Assembly (NCBI GenBank): GCA_000743035.1
Contig: CP008936.1
Location: 960,001-992,000 of the forward strand
Direction of reading: 5' to 3'
DNA from: Candidatus Paracaedimonas acanthamoebae
Lineage (GTDB): Bacteria > Pseudomonadota > Alphaproteobacteria > Caedimonadales > Caedimonadaceae
DNA length: 32,000 bases
The notes below the pieces were generated by a model. It worked only from the letters and a program-made list of their open reading frames with translations, made no database searches and had not been told where the DNA came from. The stretch's first letter is position 1, and the number at the start of each line of letters is the position of its first letter. Position numbers and translations under genes: made by a program. This document shows, one piece after another, positions 19,259 to 30,132 of the stretch.

Positions 19259-21085
19259 GTGAACAGCATGGTCAGGCAAAAACAACCAACAGATTATCAT
19301 CAAGAATATAACTTTGATCCACTTCAATTATCACAAGCGATCATGTTTGCCGCCATGAAAACACAAAATGCTCTTCAAACACTAGAGCCAGCAGAAGCTT
19401 CGCCTTCTCTTATCAATGTTGAAGATATGACAGAAACTTTCCAAACAGCTTTAGAGAAGCTTAGCGCGCAACCTGATAAAATTATCTCGGCATCTCAAGA
19501 ATATTTTAAAGGCACTTTTCAACTGTGGCAGAACTCTCTCGGTGTCCTTTCAGGGCAGAAAGAAACAATGGATGAAGTTATTGAAGGAAATAGTTCTGAT
19601 AGCCGTTTCAAGGATGAGATGTGGTACAAAAATCCGTTCTTTGGATATGCTCGCCAGTCTTATTTACTATGGGATCGATGGATCAAGGATATTGCAACAA
19701 ATATCGAAGATTTAGATCCAAAAACTTCCCTAAAAATACAATTTTATACTCGACAATTCACCGATAGCCTTTCTCCAAGCAACTTTCCCTGGAGTAATCC
19801 TAAAGCTGTCCTTAAAACTATTGATTCTAAAGGAATGAACCTTATTCAAGGTATTAATAACCTTTTAAGAGACTTCGAATATGGCAAAGGACAGATTAAA
19901 ATAAAGATGGTTGATCACGATGCTTTTCGTTTAGGAGAGAACATCGCAGCCACACCAGGAAAGGTTATTTTTCAGAATGAATTAATTCAATTAATTCAAT
20001 ATACTCCAACAACTTCAACCGTATTCCAAATACCTATTCTCTTAATTCCTCCATGTATTAATAAATTTTACATTTATGATTTAAGGCCAGATAACTCGTT
20101 TGTAAAGTGGCTTTTAGAACGCGGACATTCCGTCTTTATGGTATCTTGGATCAATCCTGATCAACGCCTTTCAGAAAAAACTTTCGAGGATTATGTTTTT
20201 GAAGGAGTTGGTAGCGCCATTAATACAATCCTTGATCTTACGGGAGCAAAAAAAATCAATGCTGTCGGCTTTTGCATAGGAGGAAATATCTTAGGAAGTT
20301 ATGCCGCTTATATGGCCGAGGAAAAAAATGATCCTTTAGCAACCACAACCTATCTTGCAACTTTATTCGATTTTAAAAATCCTGGTGATCTTGGTGTATT
20401 TATTGATGAAAAACAAATTAGTCAGCTTGAAAAAAGAATCTCTCAAAAAGGATATTTAGAAGGGCAGATTCTTGCACAAACTTTTAACCTCCTACGAGCA
20501 AATGACCTTATTTGGTGGTTTGTTATTAATAATTACTTTTTAGGCCAAGAACCTACGGCCTTTGACCTTTTATACTGGAATTCAGATTCAACAAATTTAC
20601 CTTCTAAAATGTTTTTATACTATCTAAGAGAAATGTTTCTAAACAACAACTTTATACGTCCTAACGGACTGAAACTTAAAGATAAGTTTTTAGATTTACG
20701 CAAGATTAAAACACCAACTTTTCTTTTTAATACAAAAGATGATCACATTGCACCTTGGGCTTGCGGTTATGCTGCAACTAAGGTTCTACAAGGCCCCATA
20801 AAATTTGTATTAGGAGGCTCAGGACATATTGCCGGCGTCTTCAACCCTCCAACAGTGAACAAATATGGTTATTGGACATATGATACGCTTGTTGATAAAG
20901 CCGAAGAATGGTTTTCATCAGCAACTCAAAATCAAGGATCATGGTGGCCTGAGTGGGCAGGATGGGTTGAACAATATGCTGGCAATAAAATAAAAGCATT
21001 TACAGTCGGCTCTCCCAAATATCCTGCTCTAGAAGATGCCCCTGGTTCATATGTTCAAATAGGTCAATATCAACAGAAAGCATGA
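19259..21085 (+). CDS. phaC: Class I poly(3-hydroxyalkanoate) synthase
   Basis: Lipase-box variant GFCIGG (active-site Cys), KDDHIAPW (Asp) and GGSGHIAG (His). The roughly 600-aa size fits class I. The start is either GTG 19259 or ATG 19268. Confidence 0.92.
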   Translation: MNSMVRQKQPTDYHQEYNFDPLQLSQAIMFAAMKTQNALQTLEPAEASPSLINVEDMTETFQTALEKLSAQPDKIISASQEYFKGTFQLWQNSLGVLSGQKETMDEVIEGNSSDSRFKDEMWYKNPFFGYARQSYLLWDRWIKDIATNIEDLDPKTSLKIQFYTRQFTDSLSPSNFPWSNPKAVLKTIDSKGMNLIQGINNLLRDFEYGKGQIKIKMVDHDAFRLGENIAATPGKVIFQNELIQLIQYTPTTSTVFQIPILLIPPCINKFYIYDLRPDNSFVKWLLERGHSVFMVSWINPDQRLSEKTFEDYVFEGVGSAINTILDLTGAKKINAVGFCIGGNILGSYAAYMAEEKNDPLATTTYLATLFDFKNPGDLGVFIDEKQISQLEKRISQKGYLEGQILAQTFNLLRANDLIWWFVINNYFLGQEPTAFDLLYWNSDSTNLPSKMFLYYLREMFLNNNFIRPNGLKLKDKFLDLRKIKTPTFLFNTKDDHIAPWACGYAATKVLQGPIKFVLGGSGHIAGVFNPPTVNKYGYWTYDTLVDKAEEWFSSATQNQGSWWPEWAGWVEQYAGNKIKAFTVGSPKYPALEDAPGSYVQIGQYQQKA

Positions 21086-21093
21086 TTTAGGAA

Positions 21094-23286
21094 GTGAAGC
21101 TAAAATTTTGGCGCCGTATTCCTCGTAAAGCAGAGCGTGTGACTTTCTTCTCACGTTTCAATAAAATTGTTACATTAACTTATGGAATAGTTATTCTAGC
21201 TGCTTTCCTCTTGTTTGATTTTCTTTTTCAGGAAAATCTCGAATCTAGACTTAATTTTTTACAAATACGATTACGTGAACAAACTCAAGCTTTAAACAAT
21301 ATCATTCGCCCTCGCGCAGATGCAATACAAGCTCTTCAAATGCAAGCTAGTGATTTTTTAAATGAGCAACGAGATCAATATCAAACTTTTGATTTTAAAT
21401 TGCAAAATAATCAAAATAATAGTTATTTTTATCTTGATATTGCAAATTTTAATCGTCGAAAAATAGGAAATATCACTGGGATTGGTCCTACAGAAGATCT
21501 TTCTAGTCTTACCTGGCAAGAAATTACTATGGCCTTTTCTTTAAATCCACTTTTTTACGTTTTAAAGAAAAATATTAAAACAGCGTCTTCTCTTTATTAT
21601 ATTTCAAAAAGTGGTTTCCGAAACCAATTTCCCTGGCGCCCTTCCTCTGAGACACGCTTTGATCCACAATTTTTTAAAAGCTCCATGTATCTAAAAAACC
21701 TTCCTAGCAATAATCCTAAACGAGAACCTACTTGGACTGATGTATATACTCATTCACCACATTATGGATTAATGGTGACTTGCTCAGCGCCAGTCTATCA
21801 TAAAATGCAGTTTAAGGGGATTGTTGGAATTGAATTTCTACTTGAACCCATAATTGAGTTTATTCATGGGATTAATTATCCTAATGGTCGCCTCATAATC
21901 ATTAATGATTATGGAACAATTCTTGCAGATACCAAATCCAATAATCGCATTCCTCTAAAAGCTCACCAAGTTCTTCCAAAAGGTATACCGCTAGAGACAA
22001 TTTATAAACTTCCGCGTAAAACAATTTCTAGGATTGGAGACTACTGGGTTTATCAAGCAAAATCTCATTACGCTCCTTGGACTGCAATTTATTTTGTTAA
22101 TACTTGGAAAATGAATATTGTAACATTAAAACACATTGGTCCTAGCATTGTTTTCCTTATCTTATTTGCAATTTTTATTCTCATGGGGGCCAACAGTATT
22201 ATTGCACAGGAATTTATAAGTCCTGCAAAACAGCTTGTTAATTTTATTTCCACGCAAGCAACAGAAGGAGAACAAGCTTATCGTAAAATGAGAGAGCCTT
22301 GGTTTTCTTGGTTTGAAGCCGTCTTCCAAGTATTTGACCAGAATCGAAAATTGATGGAAGAAATGGAAAAACATATTGAAGATCTTGACCAAAAAGTTCT
22401 AGAACGTACACGAGCTCTCTCAGACAAAAATAGAGCTCTTAGTCTTGCCTTTAATGATCTGCGAAAAGCACAAAATCAAATCATTATTCAAGAAAAACTT
22501 GCAGGCCTTGGTGCACTTACGGCTGGGATTGCCCATGAAATAAAAAATCCTCTGAATTATGTAATTAACTTTGCTGAAATTTCTCGCACCTTTACTGAAG
22601 AGCTTATGAATATTGCTTCTTCCCTGCCTCAAGGCAAGTCTCTTACTCTAGAACAACGACAAGAAGTTAAAACTATTCTTACTGATTTAATTGAGAATAT
22701 GAAACGAATTGAAGAACATGGTAAACGAGCCGATGCTATTGTTAGAAGTATGCTTGTTCATGCGAGGGGCGGAAATGATAGCCAACACCTAATTGATATT
22801 AATCAGCTTATTGACGAAAACATTACTTTAGCAACGACAAGCTTTAAGCAACAAGGCTTTATTCCAAAAATTATTAAAGACTTTGATCTAGATATCCCTA
22901 AAATCCTTGTTTACTCCCAGGGCCTAGGCCGTGTTTTTTTAAATATTATTAACAATGCTTGCTATGTTCTCCATCAGAAGAGAACAATAGTTGGAGAGTC
23001 ATTTATAGCTGAAATTTATATTAGTACTCGGCAAACGATTGATAACCATATCGAAGTTGTCATTCGAGATAATGGCCCTGGAATTTCTGAAGAAATTCGA
23101 AAAAAAATTTTTGATCCATTTTTCACAACAAAGCCTGCCGGCAGCGGAACTGGCCTTGGACTTTCATTGTGTCACGACATTATAACACGCCAACATCATG
23201 GTACTCTTACAGTGGCTTCAGAAATTGATCAATATGCTGAATTTGTCCTGACCCTTCCTATTGAAGAACAATTAATGACAGGATAG
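21094..23286 (+). CDS. Sensor histidine kinase with a periplasmic Cache-like domain
   Basis: Two transmembrane segments flank a region of about 300 aa with a dCache-like pattern (...[24 protein letters not shown]...[12 protein letters not shown]). Coiled coil. H-box [12 protein letters not shown]-box NIINNACY, G1 RDNGPGI, F-box FDPFFTTK, G2 [12 protein letters not shown] start 9 nt after the phaC stop. No response regulator is in the window. Confidence 0.9.
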   Translation: MKLKFWRRIPRKAERVTFFSRFNKIVTLTYGIVILAAFLLFDFLFQENLESRLNFLQIRLREQTQALNNIIRPRADAIQALQMQASDFLNEQRDQYQTFDFKLQNNQNNSYFYLDIANFNRRKIGNITGIGPTEDLSSLTWQEITMAFSLNPLFYVLKKNIKTASSLYYISKSGFRNQFPWRPSSETRFDPQFFKSSMYLKNLPSNNPKREPTWTDVYTHSPHYGLMVTCSAPVYHKMQFKGIVGIEFLLEPIIEFIHGINYPNGRLIIINDYGTILADTKSNNRIPLKAHQVLPKGIPLETIYKLPRKTISRIGDYWVYQAKSHYAPWTAIYFVNTWKMNIVTLKHIGPSIVFLILFAIFILMGANSIIAQEFISPAKQLVNFISTQATEGEQAYRKMREPWFSWFEAVFQVFDQNRKLMEEMEKHIEDLDQKVLERTRALSDKNRALSLAFNDLRKAQNQIIIQEKLAGLGALTAGIAHEIKNPLNYVINFAEISRTFTEELMNIASSLPQGKSLTLEQRQEVKTILTDLIENMKRIEEHGKRADAIVRSMLVHARGGNDSQHLIDINQLIDENITLATTSFKQQGFIPKIIKDFDLDIPKILVYSQGLGRVFLNIINNACYVLHQKRTIVGESFIAEIYISTRQTIDNHIEVVIRDNGPGISEEIRKKIFDPFFTTKPAGSGTGLGLSLCHDIITRQHHGTLTVASEIDQYAEFVLTLPIEEQLMTG

Positions 23287-23370
23287 ATTTGCATAAAAAA
23301 GTTATTTTCTCCTCTTATTTGTAAGTCGTGAGAAAAATTTTATAAATTAACAAGAAAGTACTTTGATATC

Positions 23371-25158
23371 ATGACTTCCTTCCAAAGACTAACGCAACTT
23401 CGTCAGGAAATGCTTAAAGAGAATATTGATGCTTTTATTGTTCCTAAAGCTGATGAGCATCAAGGCGAATACGTCGCTCCTGATTCAGAAAGGCTCCTAT
23501 GGTTGACTAATTTTAATGGCAGCGCTGGATTTGCCATCATTCTACTCGATAAAGCTGGCCTTTTTGTCGATGGAAGATATACCCTTCAGGCTGCCCATCA
23601 AGTTGATACATCTTGCTTTGAAATTGTCCCCATTGCGGAAGTCTCAGGCCCCACGTGGCTTACACGCCACTTAAAACCAGGCGCTAAGCTTGCTTATGAC
23701 CCATGGCTTACAACAGAACGAGAAATCCAAAACTATGAAAAGGTGCTGGAAAGCCACAATATTAACTTTTTACCCTTAAAAAAAAATCTTGTGGATCTAA
23801 TCTGGGCCGATCGTCCTATGAAACCTTCTCAACCTGTTTATATTCATCCGCTGGAGTTTGCAGGGCAAGATTTTAGAGAGAAGCTTACAACGATTGCGGA
23901 TGACCTTAAGAAAAAGCACGCATCTGCTGGCGTTATTACAATGACCGAGTCTGTGGGATGGCTCTTTAACATTCGTGGGAATGATTATGACTTTATCCCA
24001 ACAACATCTGCTTATGCAATTGTCTATGATACGGGAAAAGCTGATATTTTTATTGATGAGCAAAAAGTATCGAATGAGGTTCATCAATATTTCGATGCAT
24101 TCGTGACCATCAAACCTTTTGCAACTTTTGAAAAAACTTTACAAAACTTGGGTCATCTCAAAGAACGCGTTATCATAGACCCTCTTACAGCTCCAGTACA
24201 ATCCATTTATACCGTAGAGAAAGCAGGAGGGAAAGTTCTCCGATGTGTTGAGCCTACCACTCAGCTAAAAGCCTGCAAAAATATAGCTGAACTGGAAGGA
24301 ATGCGTCGAACTCACATTCGAGATGGAGTCGCTTTAACAACTTTTCTTCATTGGATTTCCCAAGAAGGACCTAAAGGCAATATAGATGAACTTCAAGCTG
24401 CAGCCAAAATACTTGAATATCGTCAAAAATTTCCTGAGTTTAAAATGCCAAGTTTTTCAACCATTTCTGGTACGGGTCCCAATGGGGCTATTGTTCATTA
24501 TAGAGCCAATCCTGAAACGAATCGTAAAATTGCACCAAATGATATTTATCTCATTGATTCCGGAGGACATTATATTGATGGCAGTACAGATGTCACACGC
24601 ACAATTGCAATAGGTGAAACGACCCAAGAACAAAGAGACCGCTTCACGCGCGTCCTTAAAGGGCATATTGCCCTTGCTACCAGTATTTTCCCTCAGGGAA
24701 CATCCGGATCACAACTTGATATTCTTGCGCGCCATGCTTTATGGCAGATCGGACTTGATTACGCACATAGCACCAGCCATGGTGTAGGGGCCGTCCTTAA
24801 TATTCACGAAGGCCCTCAGAGGATCAGCAGTGTTCCAAATCATGTTTCCTTAAAGCCAGGCATGATTCTTTCAAATGAGCCAGGTTATTATAAGGAAGGC
24901 GCCTATGGAATACGAATTGAGAATCTTATTATCGTGCAGTCCCTTAACATACCCGGCGCTGAAAAAGCAATGCTTGGTTTTGAGACCATCACCTTTGCGC
25001 CGATTGATTTTAAATTAATCGAGCTGGCTTTATTAACAGACCCAGAAATCAAATGGCTCAATGACTATCATCAAGAAGTTTATGAAAAACTTTCACCCCT
25101 CTTGGAAATAGAAGTTCGCGAATGGTTAAAAGAAATAACGCGCCCTTTAAAGAGTTAA
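23371..25158 (+). CDS. pepP: Xaa-Pro aminopeptidase (M24B, long aminopeptidase-P form)
   Basis: Creatinase-like N-terminal domains followed by an M24 core: YLIDSGG...GSTDVTRT, HGVGAVLNIHEGP, SNEPGYY, GIRIEN. Confidence 0.9.
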   Translation: MTSFQRLTQLRQEMLKENIDAFIVPKADEHQGEYVAPDSERLLWLTNFNGSAGFAIILLDKAGLFVDGRYTLQAAHQVDTSCFEIVPIAEVSGPTWLTRHLKPGAKLAYDPWLTTEREIQNYEKVLESHNINFLPLKKNLVDLIWADRPMKPSQPVYIHPLEFAGQDFREKLTTIADDLKKKHASAGVITMTESVGWLFNIRGNDYDFIPTTSAYAIVYDTGKADIFIDEQKVSNEVHQYFDAFVTIKPFATFEKTLQNLGHLKERVIIDPLTAPVQSIYTVEKAGGKVLRCVEPTTQLKACKNIAELEGMRRTHIRDGVALTTFLHWISQEGPKGNIDELQAAAKILEYRQKFPEFKMPSFSTISGTGPNGAIVHYRANPETNRKIAPNDIYLIDSGGHYIDGSTDVTRTIAIGETTQEQRDRFTRVLKGHIALATSIFPQGTSGSQLDILARHALWQIGLDYAHSTSHGVGAVLNIHEGPQRISSVPNHVSLKPGMILSNEPGYYKEGAYGIRIENLIIVQSLNIPGAEKAMLGFETITFAPIDFKLIELALLTDPEIKWLNDYHQEVYEKLSPLLEIEVREWLKEITRPLKS

Positions 25159-25171
25159 AACTTCTACAACC

Positions 25172-25756
25172 TTAAATAATTTTTGCAACATCATCAAAAA
25201 CAAGCCGAGGAAGCCGAGGAGGCAGTTTTTCTGGAACGCCGTAGCCAAGGTTGATAAGAAAATTAGAACGCCATGATGTATTCTTAAAAAATTCCTCATC
25301 AACTTTCGTATTATCAAAGCCCGACATAGGACCACAATCTAATCCACAGGCACGCGCTGCAAGAATAAAGTAAGCTCCTTGTAAAGAAGAGTTTTGAAAA
25401 GCTGTTTTTTGAGAAAATTTCTCGTTACCAACAAACCAGCTCTTTGCATCAACCATTGGATACAGCTCCCCCATACGCTCATAAAACTGAAGGTCATAAG
25501 CAATGATAGCTGTCACGGGAGCCGCCATGGTTTTTTCAACATTACCTGCATCCAAAAGTGGCTTAAGGCGCTCTTTTGCAAGGCTAGACTTTATAAAAAG
25601 AATCCGCATTGGAAGGCAGTTTGCAGAGGTCGGTCCCATCTTTGCCAAATCATACACTTCTTTAAGAAGGCTATCAGGTACTTCTTTAGCTTGCCAGGCC
25701 TTATGCGTACGTGCCTCTAAAAATAATTGGTTTAATGTTTGCACATTGAGTTTCAT
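25172..25756 (-). CDS. RutE-like nitroreductase-family protein (putative malonic semialdehyde reductase)
   Basis: Colinear with E. coli RutE: [41 protein letters not shown] and LPRL near the C-terminus. No other rut genes are nearby. Confidence 0.85.
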   Translation of the reverse strand: MKLNVQTLNQLFLEARTHKAWQAKEVPDSLLKEVYDLAKMGPTSANCLPMRILFIKSSLAKERLKPLLDAGNVEKTMAAPVTAIIAYDLQFYERMGELYPMVDAKSWFVGNEKFSQKTAFQNSSLQGAYFILAARACGLDCGPMSGFDNTKVDEEFFKNTSWRSNFLINLGYGVPEKLPPRLPRLVFDDVAKII

Positions 25757-25849
25757 TAGTCCCTCCTCTTAAATGAACCTCTTTACTGAAATAAGTTTAG
25801 CATTTAAAAGTTTAAACAAAGATTACGAAAAAACATTTATAGTTCTACT

Positions 25850-26506
25850 ATGAAGCAAAAATTGTTTACCTTTTTTATGGTGACTCTCCTTTCTTTAGGT
25901 CAAGGAGCAGCCAATTTATATTGTCAACACACAGTCACTATTAAATCTTCAGTTCTTTCCTTTATGCTTTCTTATCCTTATGATTGGCATTGTGAAAACG
26001 AGCATGGTTTACCTAAAAACATCCAAGCCCTCCTCATACCACAAGCTTTTGTTATGGATGTGTCGCCAGCCACAATCTATGTCCGTGTTGTCCCCCATAT
26101 TTCCCACAACCCTTCCCTACAGCAATTTATAAAAAATGATTTTCAGCATGTAAAAAAACAAAGACCTCATATTCAATATGGAACCGACTTTGTTCTCACG
26201 ACTCAAGATCACAAGAAAGCACAAGTAAGAACCTACTTTGAAGAACCTCAAGGTCTATACGATGCCATTGGCTATATTGCTGAAAAAGAAGCCTTTGTGA
26301 TCATTATCCTCCAAGCCACATCTCAAAAGGCTTATTTGCGCGCCCTCCCAACCTTTCGAAACCTTGTAATTTCATATCAATTAGAAAGCCCTCAAGAAAA
26401 AATTCCGCAGGTACCTCTTAAAAAGAAGAACATTAAACCTAAAAAGAAAAAGTCAAAAAAGCGTAAAGCTTCACGTAAGAGCCAACCTCAATCAATTAAA
26501 TGCTAG
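25850..26506 (+). CDS. Hypothetical secreted protein with a polybasic C-terminal tail
   Basis: Signal peptide MKQKLFTFFMVTLLSLGQGAA. The C-terminus is KKKNIKPKKKKSKKRKASRKSQPQSIKC. No obvious Shine-Dalgarno and no family recognised. Confidence 0.6.
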   Translation: MKQKLFTFFMVTLLSLGQGAANLYCQHTVTIKSSVLSFMLSYPYDWHCENEHGLPKNIQALLIPQAFVMDVSPATIYVRVVPHISHNPSLQQFIKNDFQHVKKQRPHIQYGTDFVLTTQDHKKAQVRTYFEEPQGLYDAIGYIAEKEAFVIIILQATSQKAYLRALPTFRNLVISYQLESPQEKIPQVPLKKKNIKPKKKKSKKRKASRKSQPQSIKC

Positions 26507-26556
26507 AGACAGCACTGAAACTCATCCCTGTCTCATCTAAAAAATAGAAAAACACC

Positions 26557-26585
26557 TTGATTCAGAAGGCGACTTGCGTTAGGTT
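26557..26585 (+). promoter_or_regulatory. Sigma70-like promoter candidate for tRNA-Glu (TTGATT-N17-TAGGTT)
   Basis: Hexamers read directly. The -10 ends 14 nt before the mature tRNA 5' end. Confidence 0.3.
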
Positions 26586-26599
26586 GCAGTTTGTCTTAA

Positions 26600-26675
26600 G
26601 TCCCCATCGTCTAGAGGTCTAGGACACCGCCCTCTCACGGCGGCAACACGGGTTCGAATCCCGTTGGGGACGCCA
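26600..26675 (+). tRNA. tRNA-Glu, anticodon CUC, CCA encoded
   Basis: Hand-folded cloverleaf: acceptor GTCCCCA/TGGGGAC, D stem GTCT/GGAC, anticodon stem CCGCC/GGCGG with loop CT-CTC-AC, T arm ACGGG-TTCGAAT-CCCGT, discriminator G, then CCA. 76 nt. Confidence 0.93.
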
Positions 26676-26875
26676 TCTTTTTCCTTTCACATATTTCCTA
26701 TTTTAATAATCCTTCAAGAAAAATTTTTTTTAAAATATTCTTTATAAAGATTTCCATTAACAATATTAATCTCAAAAAAAATTTGTAACTTACAATAAAA
26801 ATATCAATCAATATTAATATATAATTAATAATACTAAATTAGAATTTAAAATTGTTAAATTATAAGGAAAAAATT

Positions 26876-27544
26876 ATGAAGACTTTATCATCTAAAATTG
26901 CTTATATTATTGTATCTTTGGCTCTCTTAAGCTGCTCACAAGCCGAAGCAAGCTTTATTGAGCATCAGTTAAAATCAAAAGAACAACATAACCAAGAAAA
27001 AGTACAAAAAGATAACCGTAGGAGAGCAGTACAAGATTTTTTAAGATCATTTATCCAACGGGCTATTACGCAAAGCACAAATAAGATTCAAAATCATATT
27101 CTCAGATTGCATAAGGGCGGAATAGAGAAAATCAGTACGACAAGCTTTGGCAATCGTAATTATTATTCTTTATTTAATGAAAACCAAATTAACTCTGTGC
27201 AAGCATTTCAAAATAAAGCTATTGAATTACTAAATCAGACGCAGCTGATTAATTATAATGGCGCTAACCAAAATAATAGAATCAAGATTATTTTAAATAG
27301 TTCGTCTGAATTAGGGCGTTATTTTACACAAGAAGATTATAATCATGCACTGAATATGCAGAATACAGGACATCCGGAAAACCCACTTCAAGCAGGACAA
27401 CCTGGAATGAAGCTTGTCTTAATTCTTCAATCCAGTGAAAATATCTATAATGAACTTCAAAACATGGTGAAAGGGAATCGTAGGATTCCACAAAGCGCAA
27501 ATGGGTTCACCCCAACTATCGTTACAGCGTTTTTAGAGCAATAA
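26876..27544 (+). CDS. Hypothetical secreted protein or lipoprotein
   Basis: AAGGAAAAAATT-ATG at 26876; the tracked start at 26852 is a TTG. Signal peptide MKTLSSKIAYIIVSLALLSCSQA with a lipobox-like LLSC, or an SPase I site after SQA. Asn/Gln-rich. No family recognised. Confidence 0.6.
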   Translation: MKTLSSKIAYIIVSLALLSCSQAEASFIEHQLKSKEQHNQEKVQKDNRRRAVQDFLRSFIQRAITQSTNKIQNHILRLHKGGIEKISTTSFGNRNYYSLFNENQINSVQAFQNKAIELLNQTQLINYNGANQNNRIKIILNSSSELGRYFTQEDYNHALNMQNTGHPENPLQAGQPGMKLVLILQSSENIYNELQNMVKGNRRIPQSANGFTPTIVTAFLEQ

Positions 27545-27556
27545 TTTAAAGTTAAT

Positions 27557-27595
27557 AAAGGCTCTTCAAGAACGTCAAATTTTTGAAGAGCCTTT
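27557..27595. terminator. 13-bp hairpin between convergent genes (probable terminator)
   Basis: AAAGGCTCTTCAA-N13-TTGAAGAGCCTTT, a perfect stem. The only T and A tracts are those within the arms. Confidence 0.55.
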
Positions 27596-27600
27596 CCTCA

Positions 27601-28875
<1,275 letters not shown>

Positions 28876-28901
28876 CTATAAATGGTTAGAATAAGGCGAT
28901 C

Positions 28902-29228
28902 CTAAGAGGTCATCCCTCTAAAATCAATGGGACAATTCACTTTTTTCTCCAAATTAAAAGTTAATAAAGTGGGATCCCTCAAATTGGTAAATGTTAAATA
29001 GAGTCCTTGAACCATATTCTGTTTCCATCTATGCAATATTTTAGGTTTTATATATCCCATAAATGAAGCCCATTTTTTCTTCATCTTTTCATAGGTTGTC
29101 CCCATTCGTTTTTTAAGGAAAAAGTTTTTATTGAAAACTTCTTCTGGGCTGTCTCTTTCATCGCAAAATTGCGCCCTATAACTTATTCCTTTATTGTCTT
29201 TTTGTTTATAAAGCTTCTGTCTATTCAT
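28902..29228 (-). CDS. Hypothetical basic protein, 108 aa, orphan
   Basis: GGGAGA Shine-Dalgarno 5 nt before the ATG. Lys-rich. It lies 35 nt upstream of eno on the same strand. No family recognised. It could be a remnant of something larger. Confidence 0.4.
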   Translation of the reverse strand: MNRQKLYKQKDNKGISYRAQFCDERDSPEEVFNKNFFLKKRMGTTYEKMKKKWASFMGYIKPKILHRWKQNMVQGLYLTFTNLRDPTLLTFNLEKKVNCPIDFRGMTS

Positions 29229-29270
29229 TTTAGTCTCCCTGTTTTTTTAATTTACCTTTTTAATTTTTAT

Positions 29271-29293
29271 GTGCCTTTGGGCACGTTTTTTTT
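29271..29293 (+). terminator. Small hairpin plus T8 tract (orphan terminator-like element)
   Basis: GTGCC-tttg-GGCAC-g-TTTTTTTT read directly. No plus-strand gene lies upstream. Confidence 0.3.
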
Positions 29294-29427
29294 GTTTTAG
29301 TTTTATGATTTCATTAAAACCTTTGTTTTTGTTTTATCATATGAGGTGAGCCGTTAAGTCTTTCCTCAAGTATTCTGTTTCTTGTTTCCTATGTCATTTT
29401 CCTATCCTTTCTTTATCTTTTAGTTTT

Positions 29428-29457
29428 AAGGCTCTTTCTCACTAAAGAGCCTTTTTC
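29428..29457 (+). terminator. 10-bp hairpin plus T-run (orphan terminator-like element)
   Basis: AAGGCTCTTT-ctcact-AAAGAGCCTTTTT. The arms resemble those of the 27557-27595 hairpin (AAGGCTCTT...AAGAGCCTTT). No plus-strand gene lies upstream. Confidence 0.4.
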
Positions 29458-29459
29458 CT

Positions 29460-29638
29460 TTGTCATCCTCGGCCTTGTGCCGAGGATCTCAAGCAACATA
29501 AAGATCTCTTCCTATCGCTAATCGTTGCCTTTCACCATTCCCTGGATCCCCGCATCCGCGGGGATGACCATTATAAATTTCAAACGTTGTCATTCTTGAG
29601 CCTGTCCCGAGAATCTCAAGTGACCTAAAAATCTTCCC
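29460..29638. repeat. Cluster of three short palindromic (MITE/RPE-like) elements with GTCAT-hairpin-GATC architecture
   Basis: Copy A is 29460-29512 (TTGTCATCCTCGGCcttgtGCCGAGGATCTCAAG...). Copy C is 29587-29638 (TTGTCATTCTTGAGcctgtcCCGAGAATCTCAAG...); it aligns with A over about 52 nt at roughly 75% identity by my hand alignment. Copy B is 29541-29570, inverted, with a GC-rich stem (reverse complement TGGTCATCCCCGCggatGCGGGGATCCAGG). Confidence 0.7.
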
Positions 29639-30132
29639 TTTTCCATTTTCCATGCCTACCCTCTGCCTTTTCATCAGGCAAAAAGAGGGCATCTGCCCAA
29701 AAAGAGCGCTAAAAGGTTCTGTTTTTTCAATAATCTAGGTTTTTATCCCTGTTTTATTATTATTTTTCTTCTTTAGATGACTTCAGAAACTGAGTAATAC
29801 TGATTTATCTCGAGTCATCAGTAAGGGAAAAATCATCTCTGACCATCTATTATTAGACTACCACATAATGATACAAAATTCAAGAGATTCATTTCAGAAA
29901 TCATGTTTTATTTTTTTATCCTTTTAGATGAAATCTTCTTCAAGAATTGTATGATTAAATTAGTCCCTGAAATTAATCTCTCTGACTTTTTGCCGCAGTG
30001 TTAGTATGTTGTTTCTTCTATTAAAGAAAGCAAAGAAGTATACTCAAGCCTATTTAGTATCATCTACCTCATTCCAATATCTTTCATAGTTTTTCTGCCT
30101 ATGCATTTTTTGGCTCTAGAAATGATGCAAAT

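Noticed and set aside
25394-25772. Two plus-strand ORFs (108 aa and 89 aa)
   Set aside because: They are antisense to and inside the rutE-like gene, which is colinear with E. coli RutE.
29460-29638. Possible CRISPR array
   Set aside because: There are only three degenerate copies, one of them inverted, with irregular spacing. Each copy is itself a hairpin of MITE type. No cas genes are in the window.
29489-29692. 67-aa minus-strand ORF (..TTFEIYNGHPRGCGDPGNGERQ..)
   Set aside because: It reads straight through the three palindromic repeat elements. Such pseudo-proteins are a known artefact of GTCAT-hairpin-GATC repeats. It has no Shine-Dalgarno.
29761-30060. Two degenerate units of about 150 bp, both starting with TTAGATGA and containing ATCTCTGAC (near 29773 and near 29924)
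   Set aside because: Similarity is patchy in very AT-rich sequence. Minus-strand translations hit stops within about 12 codons. I cannot distinguish this from chance or very old decay without a statistical alignment.
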